64,000 nt of DNA from Ostrea edulis. Its lineage: Eukaryota. The notes beneath the pieces were generated by a model. The model saw only the letters and a list, made by a program, of their open reading frames with translations, searched no databases and had not been told where the DNA came from. The stretch is taken from positions 18,786,001-18,850,000 of the forward strand of contig NC_079172.1 of the NCBI RefSeq assembly GCF_947568905.1, in the 5' to 3' direction. The position numbers and the translations under genes were made by a program. Below are positions 13,526-27,160 of the stretch, piece after piece. Numbering within the stretch: the stretch's first letter is position 1; each line of letters starts with the position of its first letter.

Positions 13526-15962
13526 TAGGGTTGTCAAATTGATCAAAAATTAGTAACCGGTTACTCGGTTGTCTTTCTGATCGCGTACTCGGTCGTCATT
13601 CAAGAGAACATTCAAATCTTAAACATAGTTGATTCTACTTAATAACACAGTCTATATCCATCATCCTGCTGTTTATGTATTCGTAATTTCGGGATCTCGA
13701 TCCGGACATTAAATAAGAGTACAAAGAAAAAAAATAATTTTTTTAATGAATAGAAATGTACATGATTATAAAAATAAACATTCAGTTTTTATTTAGTCCA
13801 GCTTTAATTTGGTAGCATTATAAGTATTAAACGTATATACATTTACGAATTTGTATGTTCGTCATCTTAGAGCTCTTTTAAACTAGTTTTTATTCAAGAA
13901 AATTATTTGATCTATACATGAGGAAGATAGCCTGCTTCGAAGTTTTGTAACAATTAGACTGGCAGATGAAAAAATGCGCTCGGATGGTACAGATGTTGCT
14001 GGGATCGCTAAGTATCGGCGAGCTAATACAGCAAGTCGCGGATACTTTGCCGAGTTCTCCTGCCACCAGTTTAATGGATCTTCCATTTCTGAACAATTGC
14101 GCAAGTAAGAGGAAATTTCACAATCGTCATGTCGTTTGTCTAAAGGCGCTTCAATGAGAAAGTCAAGCATCTACTGAGCTTTTGGCTTTGGCGGCGACGA
14201 ATCTCGTGGAGTATTCAAAGCTGGTTTTAAGGGAACTTCCTCAAGTTCAACTTCCAGAGTTTCGGTTGCTAATTTACGCTGCGTCTTAGATAGAAACAGA
14301 AGATGTTTATGTCTTGGGTCCAGAAGGGAGGAAAGGATCGGAGAGGTTGATGCAGTTGCATCATTGTCAGGTTTGAACCATGAACGAACGCAGTTCATTA
14401 GCAATAGAATGTTTGACTTTTGCTATAACACAAAGTATCGTCATCAGATATTGTGAGATGGTTTTTCAGGAGGCCGCAAACAATTGGATAAATTACAGAG
14501 GTCAAAACAACACTATCGGATGACATATAAGTAGTGACCTTTGTAACTTTCCCCAGCACATCGGAAAGTGATAAGGAATCATTCGTTGTCCTTAAGCAGC
14601 ATATAAACGTCTGCTTTCTTTGTTACGGAATTGTCAAGCATAACATCAGTAATGATGCGGCGTTGTTCTACTAACCTTTCTTTCATAAGTTGAGTAGAGT
14701 TCCATCGCGTGACAACATCTTGAATAAGATCCAATATTTTTTGACGTTTTCGCAACTCTGCGTTGATTGTTGTTGAATGCTTAAAGTGTCCAACAAGCTT
14801 GCGCGCACGCGATATGAGTTTGGAGACTGTTGGTATTTGCAGTGCGGGTTTAATGCAGAGTTGAAGTGTATGTCCGAAACAGTAACCGTCCGTCCACTTT
14901 GGGCATAAATTCCCTGCACATGTCATATTTCTTGCATTGTCATGTACGACATCGGTCACTTTACTATTTAGACTGAATTCAGCAACGACTTGTTTTAACT
15001 TTTCAGCGATATTTTCTCCCGTATGTCTCTCCGGCATCTCGCGAGTGACAAGTACATTTGATGTTAGCTTCCAGTCATGGTCAATGTGGTGTTCAGTTAC
15101 TGTCTTGTAAGTTTTTGTTGCATGTGATGTCCATGTATCTGTTGTTAGGGAGACAGTATCAACTTTATCAAGTTCCGATTGCAAAGTAGCCTTCCGTTCG
15201 TCGTAGGTCTTTTCAATTCTTGCCTTAATCGTGTTTCTGGAGGGTTTTATAGTTAGGCAACACGGTCGACATTAGCCTCTGAAATCCCTTCCCTTCGACT
15301 ATTCGCAGCGGCATATAATCCAGAACAACCATGTCAACAATTGCCTATGTTATGTCTTCCGATTGTTTGCCTGATAGATTTCTTGTACGCGGAGAATTTA
15401 GAAAATTAACCACAGACGGTTGTTTCTCTGGAGTTCCTTCAATATCACCATGTTTTATGCGCAAATGATTCAGCAAATTTGTTGTACCTCCCGTGAACGT
15501 TAATTCAACCTCGCAGAGTTGACATTTTATAGATTTTGAATCGCCGGTCCATTTAAAATATTTCCATACTTTAGAGGACGGAGGCATTTTTACTACTAAC
15601 AATTGTACGAGTCCACGCTTTTTTTAATTGAATTAATTTGAACTGTATTTAAGTTGAATTCAAATCATGGTATGCCCCTGGCTATAAACAAAGCGATGTG
15701 CTGCCACCGACAGAGGTGCTAATAATTGTTGTCAAAACAGGACAGGCCTTTAATTCAGGCTACATGTATACATTGTAGGTAATTGAGAGAACAGTACTTG
15801 AGATAACGTACGATGATCTGCGAAAATAGAATGAGTGAAACAAAACAAAAAATACAAGAAATAAACAATTTTTTTTTTCAAGTACTCGGTTACTGATTTT
15901 AGTAATCGATACTCGGACCTTCCGACGAGACTCGAGTAACGGGTTACTCGTTGACAACCCTA
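13526..15962 (-). mobile_element. Full-length hAT DNA transposon (ZBED1-like), 2437 bp
   Basis: Perfect 12-bp TIR TAGGGTTGTCAA; perfect 8-bp TSD GTATTAAT (13518-13525, 15963-15970); subterminal GTAACC(C/G)GTTACTCG motifs. Confidence 0.95.
13883..15587 (-). pseudogene. Disrupted hAT transposase
   Basis: BED finger (WKYF...CQLC...NLLNHLRIKH), LTTDTWTS, HDNARNM, CFGHTLQL, DVVTRWNST, LLDPRHK and the hATC dimerisation domain (WW...YPRLAVLARRYLAIPATSVPSERIFS). In-frame TAG at 15345, TGA at 14579 and several frameshifts. Confidence 0.92.
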
Positions 15963-16364
15963 GTATTAATAATATAGCAAGATTTTAGAAATGTTTGTTC
16001 GTTCATAGAACTTATAGTGATGAGGTACGTCAGCTGACGATATGTTATGTGTAATAGAATTTGATGCTTGAAATAATCAGTTCAATTATAAATAATAGAG
16101 TTAGTGGTTTTTATGAATTGTCAATATTTAGTCCAGTTCTCCTAAACATGTCTGCATGGTTGCATATGTAGTGGTACTATGGATGTCATGTATGAATAGT
16201 ACATCTTTTGATGTGAAAATTCTGTAAAGCTAAATCATTTGATTTTTATCACTGAGGATTATGGTAAGCTAAAAAAATGATTAAGACTGTGGTCTGTAGT
16301 TACACATATTGAGTAGGGATGTTTGGATATATGGAATGTCTTCAGATATGGGCCAAGGTGACTC

Positions 16365-16396
<32 letters not shown>

Positions 16397-16430
16397 TAAG
16401 CTTTCCACAGATCATAGAACTATTTTGATA

Positions 16431-17342
16431 TTTTTATGCCCCCCTTCAAAGAAGAGAGGCATTTAGGTTTGCACCTGTCGGTCGGTCTGTAGATCACATG
16501 TTGTCCGCTGAATATCTTAAGAACCATTCACTTGATATTTCATATGTAGGTTGTTATGTTTTTGGGGTCCAAAGGTCAAGGGTCACACTGGACATAGGAA
16601 TATTTAATATCTTGAGAACCCTTTGCTTGACAGATATTAAACATGGTACACTGGTACATCTTCAGGAGAAAATGACCCCTATTGATCTTGAGATCACTTG
16701 GTCAAAGGTCAAGGGTCATGCAGTCTGGACATAGGAATATACTGTCCTCTCAATATCTTTAGAACCCTTGAATTGACAGACATCAAACTTGGTACACTGG
16801 TACATCTTCAGGAGAAGATGACCCCTATTGATTTTGAGTTCACATGGTCAAAGGTCAAGGGTCACACTGGACATAGGAATATACTGTCCGCTCAATATCT
16901 TGAAAACCCTTTGCTAATGACAAACATCAAACTTGGTACACTGGTACATCTTCAGGAGAAAATGACCCCTATTGATCTTGAGATCACATGGTCAAAGGTC
17001 AAGGGTCAAACTGGATATAGGAATATACTGTCTGCTCAATATCTTGAGAACCCTTTGCTTGACAGACATCAGATTTGGTACACTGGTACATCTTCAGGAG
17101 TACCATATAGTTCGACTATATACAGGACCCCTATATATTGATTTTGAGGTCACATGGTCAAAGGTCAATGGTTAAACTGGACATAGTAATATATTGTCTC
17201 CTATAATTTAAGAATTTTTTGCTTGATTGACACCAAACTTGGTACAATGGTAAAGCATAAGAAGCAGATCGCAGGCCCCTATTGATTTTAGATCACTTTG
17301 TCAATCCACTCCTGACATAGGCAGATACTGTCTGCTCAATAT
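16431..17342 (+). mobile_element. Helentron-like non-autonomous element (HINE/pearl type) with ~142-146 bp tandem core
   Basis: Head ttttatgccccccttcaaagaagag, then a GTCG microsatellite, then about 5 core units containing ggtcaaaggtcaagggtca. Same family at 32001 and 43127. Confidence 0.7.
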
Positions 17343-17348
17343 ATCAAA

Positions 17349-18142
17349 TAGAATTAATATTTATTTAACTGGCGGCCGCCACTTAATTTATGTGGCAGCC
17401 GCCACTTATTATCTGGGGGCCGCCATATGCATTAACTGGCGGCCGCCACTTAATTTATATATGGCGGCTGCCAATTACAAAAACAGTGTAATTCGTATCG
17501 CTGAGTGATTATTTTGGAAAGATTTAGAATAGTACGCAAACACGCAGCATCGTTTTTCAAAGTGCATAGGGACAGTCGGAGGAGAAATTGTCTTCTACAA
17601 TTGTTGACAAGCAGAAAAGGAACCTAAAATGTCTCTTTTGTCCAAACTTCATACTCCTAAATTGGAGGGAGGGGGCTCCGTTCATCCTTCAATTGATCAG
17701 TTCATTCATTATTACATTTTTACCATTCATTACTACCACCAAAAGAGTGGGGTTGGGGCCAATCTGCCAATTAATCTTATTTCACATGTGAAAATAATTT
17801 AGTTTGCATGTGAAAATAATAGAAATTGAACATTGTCAAAAAAATGGAGGGTCAGCCCCGAGGTTCTACGTATTTAACAGCACAATCGAAAAACAATAAT
17901 TTAATGCTCTGAATTGTGTATATATATATATATATATATATATCACATACATATTACTAAGCTTTGGGGAGGGATTGCACCCCTTTCGTTTTGAGAGAGA
18001 GAGATAGAGAAAGAGAGAGGAATTGAATAACTGGTGACAGCCATATAAATGATTCAAATTGAGTGGCGGCCACCATATAAATTAAGTGGCGGCCGCCAGA
18101 TAAATTAAGTGGCGGCCGCGAGTTAATTAAATATTAATTCTA
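17349..18142. mobile_element. MITE with long TIRs built from NotI-containing subrepeats
   Basis: TAGAATTAATATTTA...AACT(G/C)GCGGCCGCCACTTAATTTA inverted at both ends, 3-4 subrepeats per arm; possible TA TSD. Confidence 0.8.
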
Positions 18143-20805
18143 TACCCTGGCACCTATCTGCTTCCGTAGTATAGTCCAATTTGTATATGTGTGATTTATG
18201 TAGAAACAATGCTACAATGATTATTATAAACTGAAAGAAAAAAAATTTGATCAGTTTATTTAAGTTATTATTGTCAAAATCATTCTACATACTTCTCAAT
18301 CTAGCGAATACAATTTATTATCAAAGAATTATTAGTTCTACACCGAGAGTTTGTTTTCAAAATGATTCAGGCACGATCTGACATCATGCACAGTTATATA
18401 GTACTACATGTTACCTGTAAAAGCAAAGGATGGACTTGCTGCTAATTGTAGAGACATGAATGAGGACAAATATTGACGTCACTTGTTTTTATTGCAGGGA
18501 CAGACAGAAATAGATAATTGAAAAATCTAGTCATAAAGTAAATAGGGTCACTTTGAAGTGTACCTTGTATAGACTCCCATGTATCTGCATCGTATTGTTT
18601 AAACCCAGTGTCTTCAAATTAGTAAAGCTTCTTAGTGTAAATAATGCAAAAGAACTCAATAATTTAGGAAAGTTCCTACAACAGGCTAATAATTTATGAA
18701 TTTTGTACTTGCAACAACATATTATTCAAGTGTATTGTTATGTGTATGTTGAAATGCATTGATTTTATGTCCTCAAAATTGTATCTGTATGTCTACTCAC
18801 CCTCTACTGTCTTATTTGTATATATTTGTAAATATTTTGTATTTATGACCGATGTAGTTTAAGAAAATAAAGAGTCTGAATAGTTTAATATGTATACATT
18901 TCGTTGGTATGGGGTCTTACAGTATGACCAGAGAAAACCCAAATGAATTTTGAAGTCTTTGTCTCAAGTCTGAATGCTGATTTAAGTTTTATTTGTCCTA
19001 TTATAGATTAAATTTCATTATGTTTTCGATGGATAAAAGTACGTTAGTACTTTCTTAGAACTATGTGATATATGCTCACGTAGGTATCCCACGATTTTCC
19101 CTATCTGTTCATCAGATCTTATTTCCTCCATAGAATGGAGCACAGAACTTCATTATGCATATAAAATCAAAGGCACAGTTTAGTGCAATATCAGCTGACG
19201 TCAGGGGTTGCCCAGAGTTACCTGGACAGAATCTTTATTGTGACAACATACAAGGCTGGTTTATGGGGAGTACAAGAGGGGATGTTGAAAGGAAGAATAG
19301 CAATTATCAATTAAGGGAGAAACAAGCAGGGTTATTAATCAATTAATTATCTCACTGAAATAAGGTTGACAAGTTTATAGTGACTTTTTAAAAAATGTAA
19401 GGAATAGAAGCTTTAGATGACATCGAGTTTTTATCAGTGTATGGACATCAACTCCACTAAATCAGCAAACACGGATTTACCCCATGACTTAGACATTTTC
19501 AGTAGACAATATATTCATCCAATTTCTGATTTTAAAAAAAACCATAAACAGTATTTTGTGATGAGGCAACAAATGAAAGGAAATACTGAAACAAATTAAA
19601 ATTTTCTTATTCAACATTAGAATTTAAGTTCATTTATTTTCAAATCCACATCCATCCATGGAGCAAATGAGATTAGACATAATTTCTCTGATATTTATAA
19701 AGTTAAATTATATTTGTTATTAGGATTTTATTTACACCAAGAAATAAAGTTTTACATTGATCGTATTTTTTTTAATTGGAGATGACTTTATATTTTATTG
19801 AGAAGAGAAAGAAATCCATGATTTATTCACCAAAGTTAATTCTAATAAAAGCAAAAAACAGGGCATGTACTCTTTGTGTTTGTCACCAAATTCAGCTGTG
19901 GAATTAAAAAAATTTTATTTAAAATACTGGCACATCCTCCAAAGAGACAAAGACGTTTTTTTCTGATATATCTATTGTGTCATACGAAATGCAATAAAAA
20001 TTTAGGGGATATACTCTAATCATCAATTATAAAAATAATCAAAATGCATGATAAAGTTTGTAAAGTGAAGACTCCTGATGAGGTGGATTTGCATGCAGCT
20101 GAAATTCTATCTATTTGTCAATTATTTTAATATCATAAGCTGACGTATATCACACTGTTGAAACACTGAATGCCCTGCCACGATGCGGCAATGTCTGAGT
20201 CAATGTGGCTGATGGGGGCCTTTATTATTTTCTTACTAGTAATAATATGAAAAGATCAATTTAATTCTTATTAAAGATATTACAATGCCTATCACAATAC
20301 AGTTAAAAATATTGCAATACGAAATTTCCTGAAAATACCCAGCCTATAGTTTTTGACGTCATAAGAGACCACAATCTGATCTGTGAAGCAAAACAAAAGC
20401 AAGTCAGTAGATGATTTATTTTGCATCTGGAGGAGTTTTTGGATGAGGGTCCGAAGTTTTTTGTACAAGGATATCACTTTGAATTCATAATTTATTAATG
20501 CAGATGTCGGCCACATCGATGATTTTTCATTGGAGGGCAAACAAGAAGATCGATCAAGATCCTATTCATTCTGAGTGGGACGTTAAACAGTATACAACCG
20601 ACCAACCATTTTTATGCAAAACAAACTTTTTTTGAAAATCGTCTCCTATGACCTATGTAGTTTTTGGGCATCAAATGTTTGTCATTTGATGTTTTACAAG
20701 TTTCACCAATAAACTGTTTTTAATATCATTCAAATATTGGAAGGATCAGCCTATAGTATATATTACACAAACTGGAAAGAAATTGAAATTTACATATTCA
20801 TATCT

Positions 20806-21105
20806 CAACAGTCTGTTGCAATTCCCATGGGCACGAATTGTGCTCCTTTGTTAACTGACCTGTTTTTATATTTTTAGGAAGCAGAATTTATTCAAAAACT
20901 TTTACATGAGAAGAAAAAATCTCTTGCTGTGGCCTTCAATGTGACATTTAGATATATCGACATTTTAACTATTAACAACACCTGCATATGGTGTTTATAT
21001 CTCTCAACTGATTCGATACGCAAGAGCTTGTTCTGCATATGATCAGTTTTTAAATCGAGGCAGGCTACTGATAAACAAGTTGATGGGTGCAGGGGTTTCA
21101 ACAAC
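20806..21105 (+). pseudogene. Penelope-like reverse transcriptase remnant, internally deleted
   Basis: Translates as QQSVAIPMGTNCAPLLTDLFLYF*EAEFIQKLL...FRYID and YGVYISQLIRYARACSAYDQFLNRGRLLINKLM, which are PLE RT motifs. Confidence 0.8.
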
Positions 21106-22991
21106 TATGTAAAATATTTTGGCTTTAAAAGAGAATAAAAATATAATTTGCTGATTCTGTAAGGTATAGTGTTTGCATAAGTAACAAAGAAGCTGATTAT
21201 GCCAAATATTCAGATTATTTTGATAGATAAGTTGTGTATAGATATATCATATGTAACACAATTAAATACTTTAAATTATACATGTATTCAATTACAAGGA
21301 AGAAAATTCACATTTCCATGTTTTATCCTTCTGTGAGTAATTCTTTAGGTGCCATTAACTATATAATTGTATCAGTAGTTAAGTCTCCCAAACAAAGTTT
21401 TGAGACTTATTTATTTCATTCTTGTAGTGATAACAAAAAATTGATTTATTATAGGGTTGTTAAAAGCTTGGAAAATTCTGTTTTTGCACTTATAAAACAT
21501 TCTATCTAAGAAAACAAATGATGTTGTTTTCATTTCAAATCTGTTTGATTTTGTATTCAATGATAATTCTGATCACTTGAATTCACAATAATATTACAAC
21601 AGGATGGGATAGTAACAATGAACCATTTTGTCGATTCCTGAACATTCAGATAAACAAGACGCAATTTCCTTGTGACATAAAGCAGACTTACAGAGTTTCA
21701 GCCAGGGGAAGGTGCTGAATAATTTGCTTAACAAGTCATAAAATATTTGTTTTGCAAGCATCCTAGCTAGCATACCAGACTGAAGCAGGATTAAAAGTTT
21801 CACGATAGTTTGCCAGTATCTCTAGTGATGGAAGAAAATACCACAACAAATATCTGAGTAGTTGATGTCCATCCTGATAAAACTGTTCATGATATTTCAC
21901 AGGAAATATTGAAACCCTTTCTTTATTGAGTCTGTATTTGTGCTGGGTGTTTCTGGTGCTGCTCTTTTGTTTCTATGGTTATTTAACAGTTTCTGGATAG
22001 AACTGAAAGAGACTCTCAAGATTGTCAGAAAGTCAAATAGCATGCCAACATTAAATGAATCAAAACAAGCATCTGTCTTCTCTGTGGCCTAACATGATCC
22101 CAGTCTTTATAATGAGAGTCTCTGATCGAAAAAGGCCTCATTAGGAATGTCTGCTGTAGAATTAAGAGCCATCTATTTAAGGTGTGGGGCTTTTTTTGTT
22201 ATTATATGCCCATCTTTAGACAGGACTATTGTGGTACAGCAATGTCTGTACATATATACGTCCATTTGTTCAGGGTTTTCTGTTTCAAATTTCATTTCTC
22301 TGTCACATATATCAAACTGAAGCTTGCTATGTAGCTTCTCTGTTGGTCACTCTAGATCATGTTGCAATTTTGATCCATTTTTACTTCTCTTGCAGGGGTT
22401 TTTCCCCTTTATTTGAAAAAAATAATGTAATATGGAGGGTACATATTAATTTGTCCCGCGAACTCCTCCCACAATTTTCTAGTGAAGACCTTCTTGTTTT
22501 ACAGGGTGTTTGTATGAGTATTAAAGATGTGCATGTGGCAAGGATTTTGATTTTCTTCAATTTTTGAGATAATTACAGGTTGTTGAACTTCGTCTGTTTT
22601 GAGGAAATACTATATTAAAGAAAGGACATGATTCCTCTCACAGTTTTGAAGCTAAGGGCCTTTGCAAATAAATTGAAGATGTGCATAGTGCTTAGGATTT
22701 TGTATTAATTTTTTTTAATGTTTAAAATTTTTGGGAAATGTTTTTACACACAGAACTCTTGGTTTGTCTATATATCTACCTCCTTTCAAGTTTTTAAGCT
22801 AGGACCTTTTATTCAAAGAAAGTATGTCAAAGCGTGACTGTACTACCTGAAGCAAAGTTCCACAAATCATGGCTGAAGAAAAACACTTAGCTTTTCACAG
22901 GCATATTTAAATATGTGCCATTTTTAGTAACTCTTGTTGATTTATTTTCATTTTTGAAAAATATAATGAAGATTTACTAACCAATTGCAAT

Positions 22992-23040
22992 ACTAGTTTT
23001 GTGATCTAACCGCTGAGCTAACTAGGCGGCTGATACATGT
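22992..23040 (-). repeat. tRNA-like (A-box) head of a dispersed repeat
   Basis: Minus strand reads gccgcctagtTAGCTCAGCGGTTAGA; no complete cloverleaf. Confidence 0.35.
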
Positions 23041-23549
23041 AAAATATAGTAACATTACTACAATATAGAATTTAAATCAATGCAATCTGATTAAAATCAG
23101 ATCCTTTGATCTGCTCACGTAGATAGCTACACAAGGATCTGAAATAATCCTCTTTGGGTGACGTCTACATGACCTTTTGTTTAATGATTGCGCCATACAG
23201 AAAATGACGTCAACAAGTTACAGTAATCTCTCTCCCACGAAGTTCAACTGTATGTGCTCGCATAAGGATTTTCTAAACTTTCACAATAATGCCTAATTTA
23301 TTTGGTTCAAACAAACAACAAATCGTACAAAATAAAATGCATCCAAATTTAATAAAATGTCAATTACAATAAAATACAACCAAATTTGATAAAATGTCAA
23401 TTATGATAAAATGCAACCAAATTTGATAAATTGTCAATTATGATTCATGTATGAATAGTGATGGGTATGATTTGAATAGTTGTCAAGATGGTGTTTGGAA
23501 AATCTCTTCCTTACCAATTATTGATACCAATGAAGAAAATAATATTTTA

Positions 23550-24235
23550 GCTAATTTGAACTAGAAGCTCTTTTGATCACCTATTGTCCATCATGTCTCT
23601 CTGTCCGTCTGTCTGTAAACTTTTCACGTTTTGGATTTCTTCTCCAGAAACATTGGACTTATTTCAATCAAACTTGGCAGAGAGCATCCTTGAGAGAATG
23701 GCTTTAAAGTCTATTCAAATGAAGGACCATGACATTGAAAAGGGAGATAATCACCAAAATGCAAAATTAGCATGGGGTCCTTTAAAAATCTTCTTGTCAA
23801 GAACCATTAGGCCAGAAGAGCTGAAATTTACATGAAAGCTTCCTGACATAGTGCAGTTTCAAGATTGATAAAATCATGGCTCCCGGGGGTAGGATGAGGC
23901 CACAATAGGGGATCAAATTTTTACATGCGAATTTATATGGAAAATCTTACTCTTCTTAAGAACCACTGGGCCAGAAGATCTTAAATTTTCATGAATGCTT
24001 CCTGACATAGTAAAGATTCAAGTTTGTTAAAATCATGACATGGAGGGTAGGATGGGGCCACAATAGGGGATCAAGGTTATACATGTGAATATATATAAGA
24101 AAGATCTTTTAAAAATCTTCTCAAGAACCATTGGGCCAAAGAAGGATGCATTTACATGAAAGCTTACTGACACAGTGCAGATTAAAGTTTGTGAACGTTC
24201 ACAGTCTTCAAGGGTAGGGTGGGGCCACAATAATG
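23550..24235 (+). mobile_element. Helentron-like element with ~165-170 bp HindIII-site satellite core (oyster Cg170/HindIII-like)
   Basis: About 3 units of aaaatcttc...agaaccactgggccagaa...catgaaagcttcctgacatagtgcag...ggggccacaataggggatcaa after a CTGT microsatellite. Related pieces at 16340-16400, 35878, 37100, 38930-39230 (reverse), 50865-51160 and 56290. Confidence 0.65.
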
Positions 24236-25596
24236 GTGATTTTTACATCTTTTTGGTATTTTTAAAAACTGTTATTGTTGTTACTTTCACGAATGTCACT
24301 GGCTCTATAGGCCCTTGAGACTACTGGAGTCCCAAATTTTCAAAATTCATTTCGCGCTAATCCAACAAGGCAACATCAAGAAAATAATGTCTTATGAAAT
24401 ATACATGATTTACAGTAACTTATTTGATTTTTTGAAATGACATGGATATTCTAAACATTGAGGGAGTACTTATTTTGAAAATTTTGATCACTTAGTGGCC
24501 TGAGGCTATGTTATATCCGCAGAAACCAGATTTGAACAAAGCTAAGTTAATGTCCGGTAGGAAGTCATTTTGTGTGTAGAACAGTGAACTTACTATTAAT
24601 ATAGTGTATAGGCTGCATTACATAATCTGTTGTTGTATTTTGTTTTCAGAGGGACTAATGTCCATATCTTAATTGCATTGAATTTTTTATCAATAATGGT
24701 CCATCAACAAGGAAATCAATGACCTTTGTGCCATTAGGACTATATTCATGCTTGTTGACGGTACATGAAATGGCTGCTCTCTTGTGAGCTTGATGGTGAT
24801 TTGGGTACCAACCTAAACAGATTATTGTCAAATTATTTAAAGCTGGAACAAACAAATTAAATAAACAAGAGCAATATCCTTACATATTTGCTCAATTTGT
24901 GTAGAAAAGACCTTAGAATGATCATAAACGGAACACAAACCAAAGCAATAAAACATTTCCTCTGTCACACAATTGAATGCCAGGAAAATGCTGTGGAATT
25001 ATGGATTAAGCGATACTTTCCAGTTTGGTTTTGATGTGAAATTGATAGTGTATTTACAAGGTTTACATGAATGATGTAAACTAAAGTACTGTAAATCACT
25101 GAATATTATTTCCTTTGTTTTTATGCCCAGAAGATATTAATTGGGTTTGTCTCTCTCTTTGCATGTCCACAACTTTAACTTTGGTCATAACTTTTGAATT
25201 ACATATAATGTAAGGCAGGGTCCTCATACAGTGGTGAATTGAAAGGTCAAGGTTAATGCTAATTGACTGCTGTAGTTTGGGGTCATCAAGGTCAAATTTG
25301 ACACAATTGAACATAGCCATGCTTATTTTGGTATGGACTGACAAATTCAAATCCTGCATGAACAGAAGAAAGAATGAGAACTGTGTAACTATGGAATCAA
25401 GACAATTTGAACAATTTTTTTCTCAAAGTGTGTTACTTTAACTCCACAAAAATAATTGATCTTCCAATATGATTTATGTACATGTATGTGGGAATAATTC
25501 TAAAATGCATCTTTTCATAAAACTTGCTGTTTTGGATGTATATCCAACAGTTTGTGGTTCCTATGCCACCAATATAATCTCTCTTTTTTTTTTCAG

Positions 25597-25711
25597 AACC
25601 CCTGAGCAATGCCCTCAAGTGGTATCCTTGCTGTCGGAGAGCTACAACCCACATGTACGATTTGGGGCAGCCATGGCCTTGGGAATTGCTTGTGCTGGAA
25701 CAGGTCTTAAG
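25597..25711 (+). CDS. PSMD1: 26S proteasome non-ATPase regulatory subunit 1 (Rpn2), first exon visible in the window
   Basis: tttcag|A ACC CCT GAG encodes [38 protein letters not shown], then |gtaaat. PC-repeat region, near-identical to recalled human PSMD1. Confidence 0.95.
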
Positions 25712-27160
25712 GTAAATTGTTTAGGGAAAGCCAAAGGGATTTGCAGTTTAGAATCGTTGATTCAACCACAAGTTCTGAATACAAATAATGTAGAAGTGTT
25801 TGATTTGCTTCGGTTTTTTTTATATTATCTTTTGGTTGTTTTTGTTGTTTTGTTTATTCATGACATGAGGGGTAGTTTGGTTTTTGTAGGTCACTTGAGT
25901 CACCCATATGGGCAGTACTATTCAAGTTTTTGTGCAAAGTTTTTACAATATTGTACATGTTGTAGAGGCAATGACGAGAAACCTTATTCCAATGAATAAT
26001 GTGCCTAGTATTGGGCATATTCCCATAATAACAACAAATTTCTATGTCCTAATACATATAGGCACCAATCAAGCTACTGCACAACCGAAAGTTGTGAACA
26101 AAAATTGTGTGATCGATATCCGGTTGTGCAGTAGACCCGCTAGATTCAGTTGTGTCAGAGGTCAATTGACCTTTACGAATTGAATTCAGCCTTATAAATA
26201 AAAAAAAAATAAGAGTGTAACGCTGAGGGAAATTTAATATCGTATGATTTCATAGAAAGCAATACACTCTGATGGCTCATTTGACGCTAGAATTTGTTTT
26301 GACACAAGAGTTGGTTATGAATTTTTACCAGTGAATGAAAAGAGTCTCAATCTTATTCATATCTGGGTATTCAATGATTACTGCATGGGCACATTTTGAT
26401 TTGAATTCAAAGTGATGTGAGTAAAAAAAAAAAGATGACATTTAGTAAATAAATATTCTCAAGTTTTATAGAATAATGAAACAAAAGTGGTTGTAACTTT
26501 GAATACACACAGACTTAAGTATCCATTAATAACTTATAGTGCAATAATGAAAATTACAATACATGTACTTTATGCATCTTAATGAATCTGAACCGCAATA
26601 TCTTGAAATTCTTCAGTAACTCAAAGTTTTTGGAAATTTGCAAAAAGCTGTTTAGTATAGTTCAGGATTTCAAAAACATTGATTTAAAGTAAATTATTCA
26701 GATGAACAAATGATTTGGCCCAGCACCTTAACTAATGATGGACAAAAGTGCAGGTGTGTGCACTATTGATAAATCTAACTTTCAAGAGCACTGAATAAAT
26801 TTTGGATAGCTAATTAATTTCCTTGTTTAGTCTTTGTCCCTTTGATTGATTGGCAACATTTTTATGGTACAATACCCAAATAATAACAGAAATGGGCCAT
26901 TAATTCTCTAAGTGAATTTTTAATGTTGGAAGATTTATAAGGACAAAGGTTTAGTGCAGCATTGACCAGCAGTGTTAGACAAATATTGCTGCATAGTGAA
27001 GTCTAAAGAGAACACTTTCATTAATCATCTCCTTGTTTTTGTGGTAGACATTATGGTAGACATTGGACAGAGGGAAGTACACTAAAAGTTTAGGAGAATT
27101 TGCAATTTTCATAAGATCAGAGGAAACATATTGTACTCTGAATTCCAAAACAGTATTCTA

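Noticed and set aside
16498-17175. ORFs with repeated KMTPID...WSKVKG peptides (also 32296-32589)
   Set aside because: Translations of the ~142-bp satellite core, not a protein family.
20070-20110. CTGATGAG...GAAA as a second hammerhead
   Set aside because: Stem II pairs poorly and no stem I was found.
24640-24760. Strong acceptor tgttttcag at ~24649 as a missing PSMD1 exon
   Set aside because: All three frames hit stops and none encodes the expected ...DDVRRAAV...LFR peptide.
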